Assembly: GCF_044704955.1 (NCBI RefSeq)
Contig: NC_091980.1
Span: 277,636,001 to 277,700,000 of the forward strand
Length of the DNA stretch: 64,000 nt
Origin: Pristiophorus japonicus
Taxonomy: Eukaryota
Reading direction: 5' to 3'
Each line of letters starts with the position of its first letter. The first letter of the stretch is position 1. Positions 61,001 through 64,000 of the stretch are shown here, one piece after another. The translations under genes were made by a program, and so were the position numbers. Under the pieces are notes generated by a model that saw nothing but the letters and a program-made list of their open reading frames with translations, did not search any database and was not told the origin of the DNA.

Positions 61001-63275
61001 CGATGTCGACTGCAGTGATTCTCTTCTCCCCAGGTTCTGCCACCGAAGCTGGGAAGTCGCCTCTGGATCCGATTTTCTTCCTCCAGAGTTCTGCCATTGG
61101 AGCCTGGAAGGTGCGTTCGGGTCGTTTCAACTGGATTAGCTCCACGCAGTCGTGCTGGGCGGTCTGTGCCTCGGGTGCTGTGCTGGTCTGCTCTCTGGTG
61201 CCGGGTTCACCCTCAAGTGAGGGCTTGCTGTGCCTCTGAACGCGGAGGACGCGATCGCTGGAGGGTTGAAGTCTTCCTACTTCCAATGGATCTTCTCCAT
61301 CCAGCTTCTGCCGAGCAGCGTTGGTCCATCACCTGCAACAATCTACAGAGGTAACTTGTGCACCGCACCATCATGGAGTACCTTTACATTCGCATGACCA
61401 ACGACTGGGATAATTTCATCAGTGTAGGTGCACAGCTTTGCCTGAACCGGGACCAACTTGGGTCGTTCAGCTTGATTGTCCCATAGCCTTTCCAAGGCTT
61501 CTTGATTCATTACTAACAGGCTCGCCCCCGTGTCCACTTCCATGAAGACTGGAACACCATCTATCTCAACTTCCATCTTCAGCGTGGAACACTCGGTGGT
61601 GCAGGTAAACATGCTATATACTTCATCGTGGTGCTGAGCTGCCTCCCTGCCTATTGTTTCATAATCCGTGCTGGATTCATGGCCATCTGTAGATTCTTCA
61701 TCGACACAGTGAATCATATTTCTCTTACACATTCGCTGGAGGTGGCCCTTTGTTCTGCAGCCTTTGCATGCATAGTCTTTAAAGCGGCACTGGTGAGCCC
61801 TGTGATTCCCTCCACAATGTCAGCATGGAGCTACTCGATTAGCCCCCTCGGCGGACTCTGAGTTAAGGGACTCAGGGGCCTGTTCTCTTTTCCCTGAGAG
61901 GGTTCGCGCTCTACAGTCCAGCCTCTAAATGGTGCCACTCTGTGCACAGTACCTGCCGGATTTGAGTCCTGAGGGTGAGTCATCTGCCTAGAGCCGCAGG
62001 TTGAGGTCATAAATGAATGGCTCACAGAGATGGCCTTCTGCAGTGTGACTGTGGTATCCACTAACAGTAGCTGATGAAGAAGGCCCTCGTGGCCAATTCC
62101 AATGACAAACATGTCCCGCAGCGTTTCGTTGAGGTGGTTGCCGAACTCGCACAGTGCCGCCAGCCTCCTGAGGTCTGCGGCATATTTCGCGATTTCCAGG
62201 CCTTTGGGCCATCGGTGGGTGTAGAACCGGTGTCTGGCTGTGAGGATGTACTCCTTGGGCTTGAGCTGCTCATGGATCAGGGTTATGAGCTCCTTGTACG
62301 TCTTGGTCGTTGTCTTCGCTGGTGCCAGCAAGTCCCTGATGAGGCCATATACGGTGGGCCCACAACTGGTTAGCGCTTATCAGCCAGTGTGGCCGGGTCG
62401 TCTCCTGCCAGGTCATTTGCTGTGAAGAAATAGTCGAGCCTCTGCACAAAGGCATCCCAAACATCACCATCGGCGAACTTCTACAACGTAACAAGGGTAG
62501 CCATTTTCGCGTGAAAGTTCGTAATCTCGTCGCCAATTGTTGTGTCCTTAGATGCTCTAATAATGACTCCACGAGGCAATGGGTTGTACTTGAACTGTAG
62601 TGACCTTAGTCCTTTATTTGCTAACTCCAGAGTGAGGATCACACCTGATGGCCTGCCTTTAATACTAAGCCAGGCACACCTGTACAGGTAACCTACAAGT
62701 CTCCCATTGCTGTGCCATCTGGTGACACACCTTGTGATAGTACCAACAGTAGCCATGTAGGATACATGACAAAATGTATACCACAAAAGCAAGGGACGCA
62801 GTACTGAGCCCTGCAGAACCCCACTGGAAACATCCTTCCAGTCATAAAAACATCCAACCACCATTACCCTTTCCTTCCTACCTTTAAGCCAATTTTGCAC
62901 CAACTTGCCACTTTGCCCTGGATCCCATGTGCTTTTACTGTTGTGACCAGTCAGCCATGTGGGATCTTATCGAAAGCTTTGCTAAAGTCCACATGCAATA
63001 CATCGTATGCACTAACCTCATCGACCCTCCTGGTTACCTCCTAGAAAAATTCAATTTGGTTAGTCAAACACGATCTTCCCTTAACAAATCCGAGCTGACT
63101 GTCCCTGATTAATCCTTGCCGTTCTAAATGTAAATTTATCCTGCCTTCAAGAATTTTTCCAATAATTTTCCCACCACTGAGGTTAGGCTGACAGGCCTGT
63201 AATTACTCGGCCTATCTCTTTCTCCCTTGTTAAACAAGGATACCACATTAGCAGTCCTCCAGTCCATCTGGCACC
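58050..63275 (-). mobile_element. CR1 LINE split by an LTR element (pieces ~58050-59326 and 62772-63275)
   Basis: LYNTLVRPQLEYCVQFWSP on the left and VSSGVLQGSVLRPLL on the right, continuous across the TSD. Confidence 0.88.
59327..62771 (-). mobile_element. Gypsy-related LTR element with gag and protease but no RT/RNase H/integrase
   Basis: 234-bp LTRs at 59327-59560 and 62538-62771, TSD AAATG, PBS ATTGGCGACG, PPT GGGGAGAGTGA, gag (VWDAFVQRLDYFFTAN), MEVDTGAS, then ~1.7 kb without pol motifs. Confidence 0.9.
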
Positions 63276-63279
63276 ATGC

Positions 63280-64000
63280 GAGGTGGTCTTACCGCAGGTA
63301 AAGGGTACACAGCCAGATAGTAAATGGGTGACCAACAGGAAGAGCAGTGCAAGGAAAGTAGTGCAGGGACCCCTGCAGTCATCCTCCTGCAAAACAGATA
63401 CACCGCTTTGGGTACTGTTGAGGGGGACGACTCATCAGGGGAGGGCAGCAGCAGCCAAGTTCATGGCACCGTGGGTGGCTCTGCTGCACAGGAGGGCAGG
63501 AAAAAGAACGGGAGAGCTATAGTGATAGGGGATTCGATTGTAAGGGAACTAGATAGGCGTTTCTGCTAGGGGGAGTGTTTGCTACTGCTGTTGGGGAGGA
63601 GTTAAACTAATACGGCAGGGGGATGGGAACCTATGCAAGGAGACAGAGGGAAATAAAATGGAGTCAGAAGCAAAAGATAGAAAGGAGAATAGTAAAAGTG
63701 GAGGGCAGAGAAACCCAAGGCAAAAAACAAAAGGGCCAGATTACAGCAAAATTCTAAAGGGGCAAAGTGTGTTAAAAAGACAAGCCTGAAGGCTCTGTGC
63801 CTGAATGCTAGGAGTATTTGGAATAAGGTGGATGAATTAACTGCGCAGATAGCAGTTAACAGATACGATGTGAGTGGCATCACGGAGACATGGCTCCAGG
63901 GGGACCAAGGCTAGGAACTCGATATCGAGGGGTATTCAACATTTAGGAATGATAGACAGAAAGGAAAAGGATGCGGGGTGGTGTTGCGGTTAAAGAGGAA
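63280..64000 (+). mobile_element. CR1 ORF1 (SGNH-esterase-like) remnant and start of ORF2 (APE endonuclease)
   Basis: LQNRYTAL...AIVIGDSIVR, then LKALCLNARSIWNKVDEL...GITETWL. Confidence 0.85.

Overview
Eukaryotic, repeat-rich vertebrate DNA, most likely from a shark or other cartilaginous fish (inferred from the CR1/RTE/Deu-SINE/Gypsy/Penelope repertoire). Most ORFs in the supplied track are transposon debris or minisatellite read-through. Two host-gene systems lie between the repeats. (1) 1-36 kb: a head-to-head pair of MHC genes with class II architecture but class I-type interface residues, matching the ancient MHC W-category. The alpha chain (WA) is on + (alpha1 ~12876-13157, beta2-microglobulin-like alpha2 14228-14509, class II-alpha-type TM 22696-22807). 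The beta chain (WB) is on - (class I alpha3-like beta2 3668-3919, TM 2438-2551). Putative cytoplasmic exons of a second WB copy lie at 33.2-35.2 kb. WB is clearly disabled, and no leader or beta1 exons could be found. (2) 42.5-51.2 kb: an intact alpha-1-antitrypsin-like clade A serpin on - (4 coding exons, 425 aa, P1-P1' Met-Ser) with a liver-type promoter. The window also holds several Gypsy LTR elements with 5-bp TSDs (including a gag-protease-only one), Harbinger-type elements, a twin-primed RTE insertion and several minisatellites, most of them TE-derived. All calls were made by eye without alignment tools; repeat boundaries lacking TSDs are approximate.
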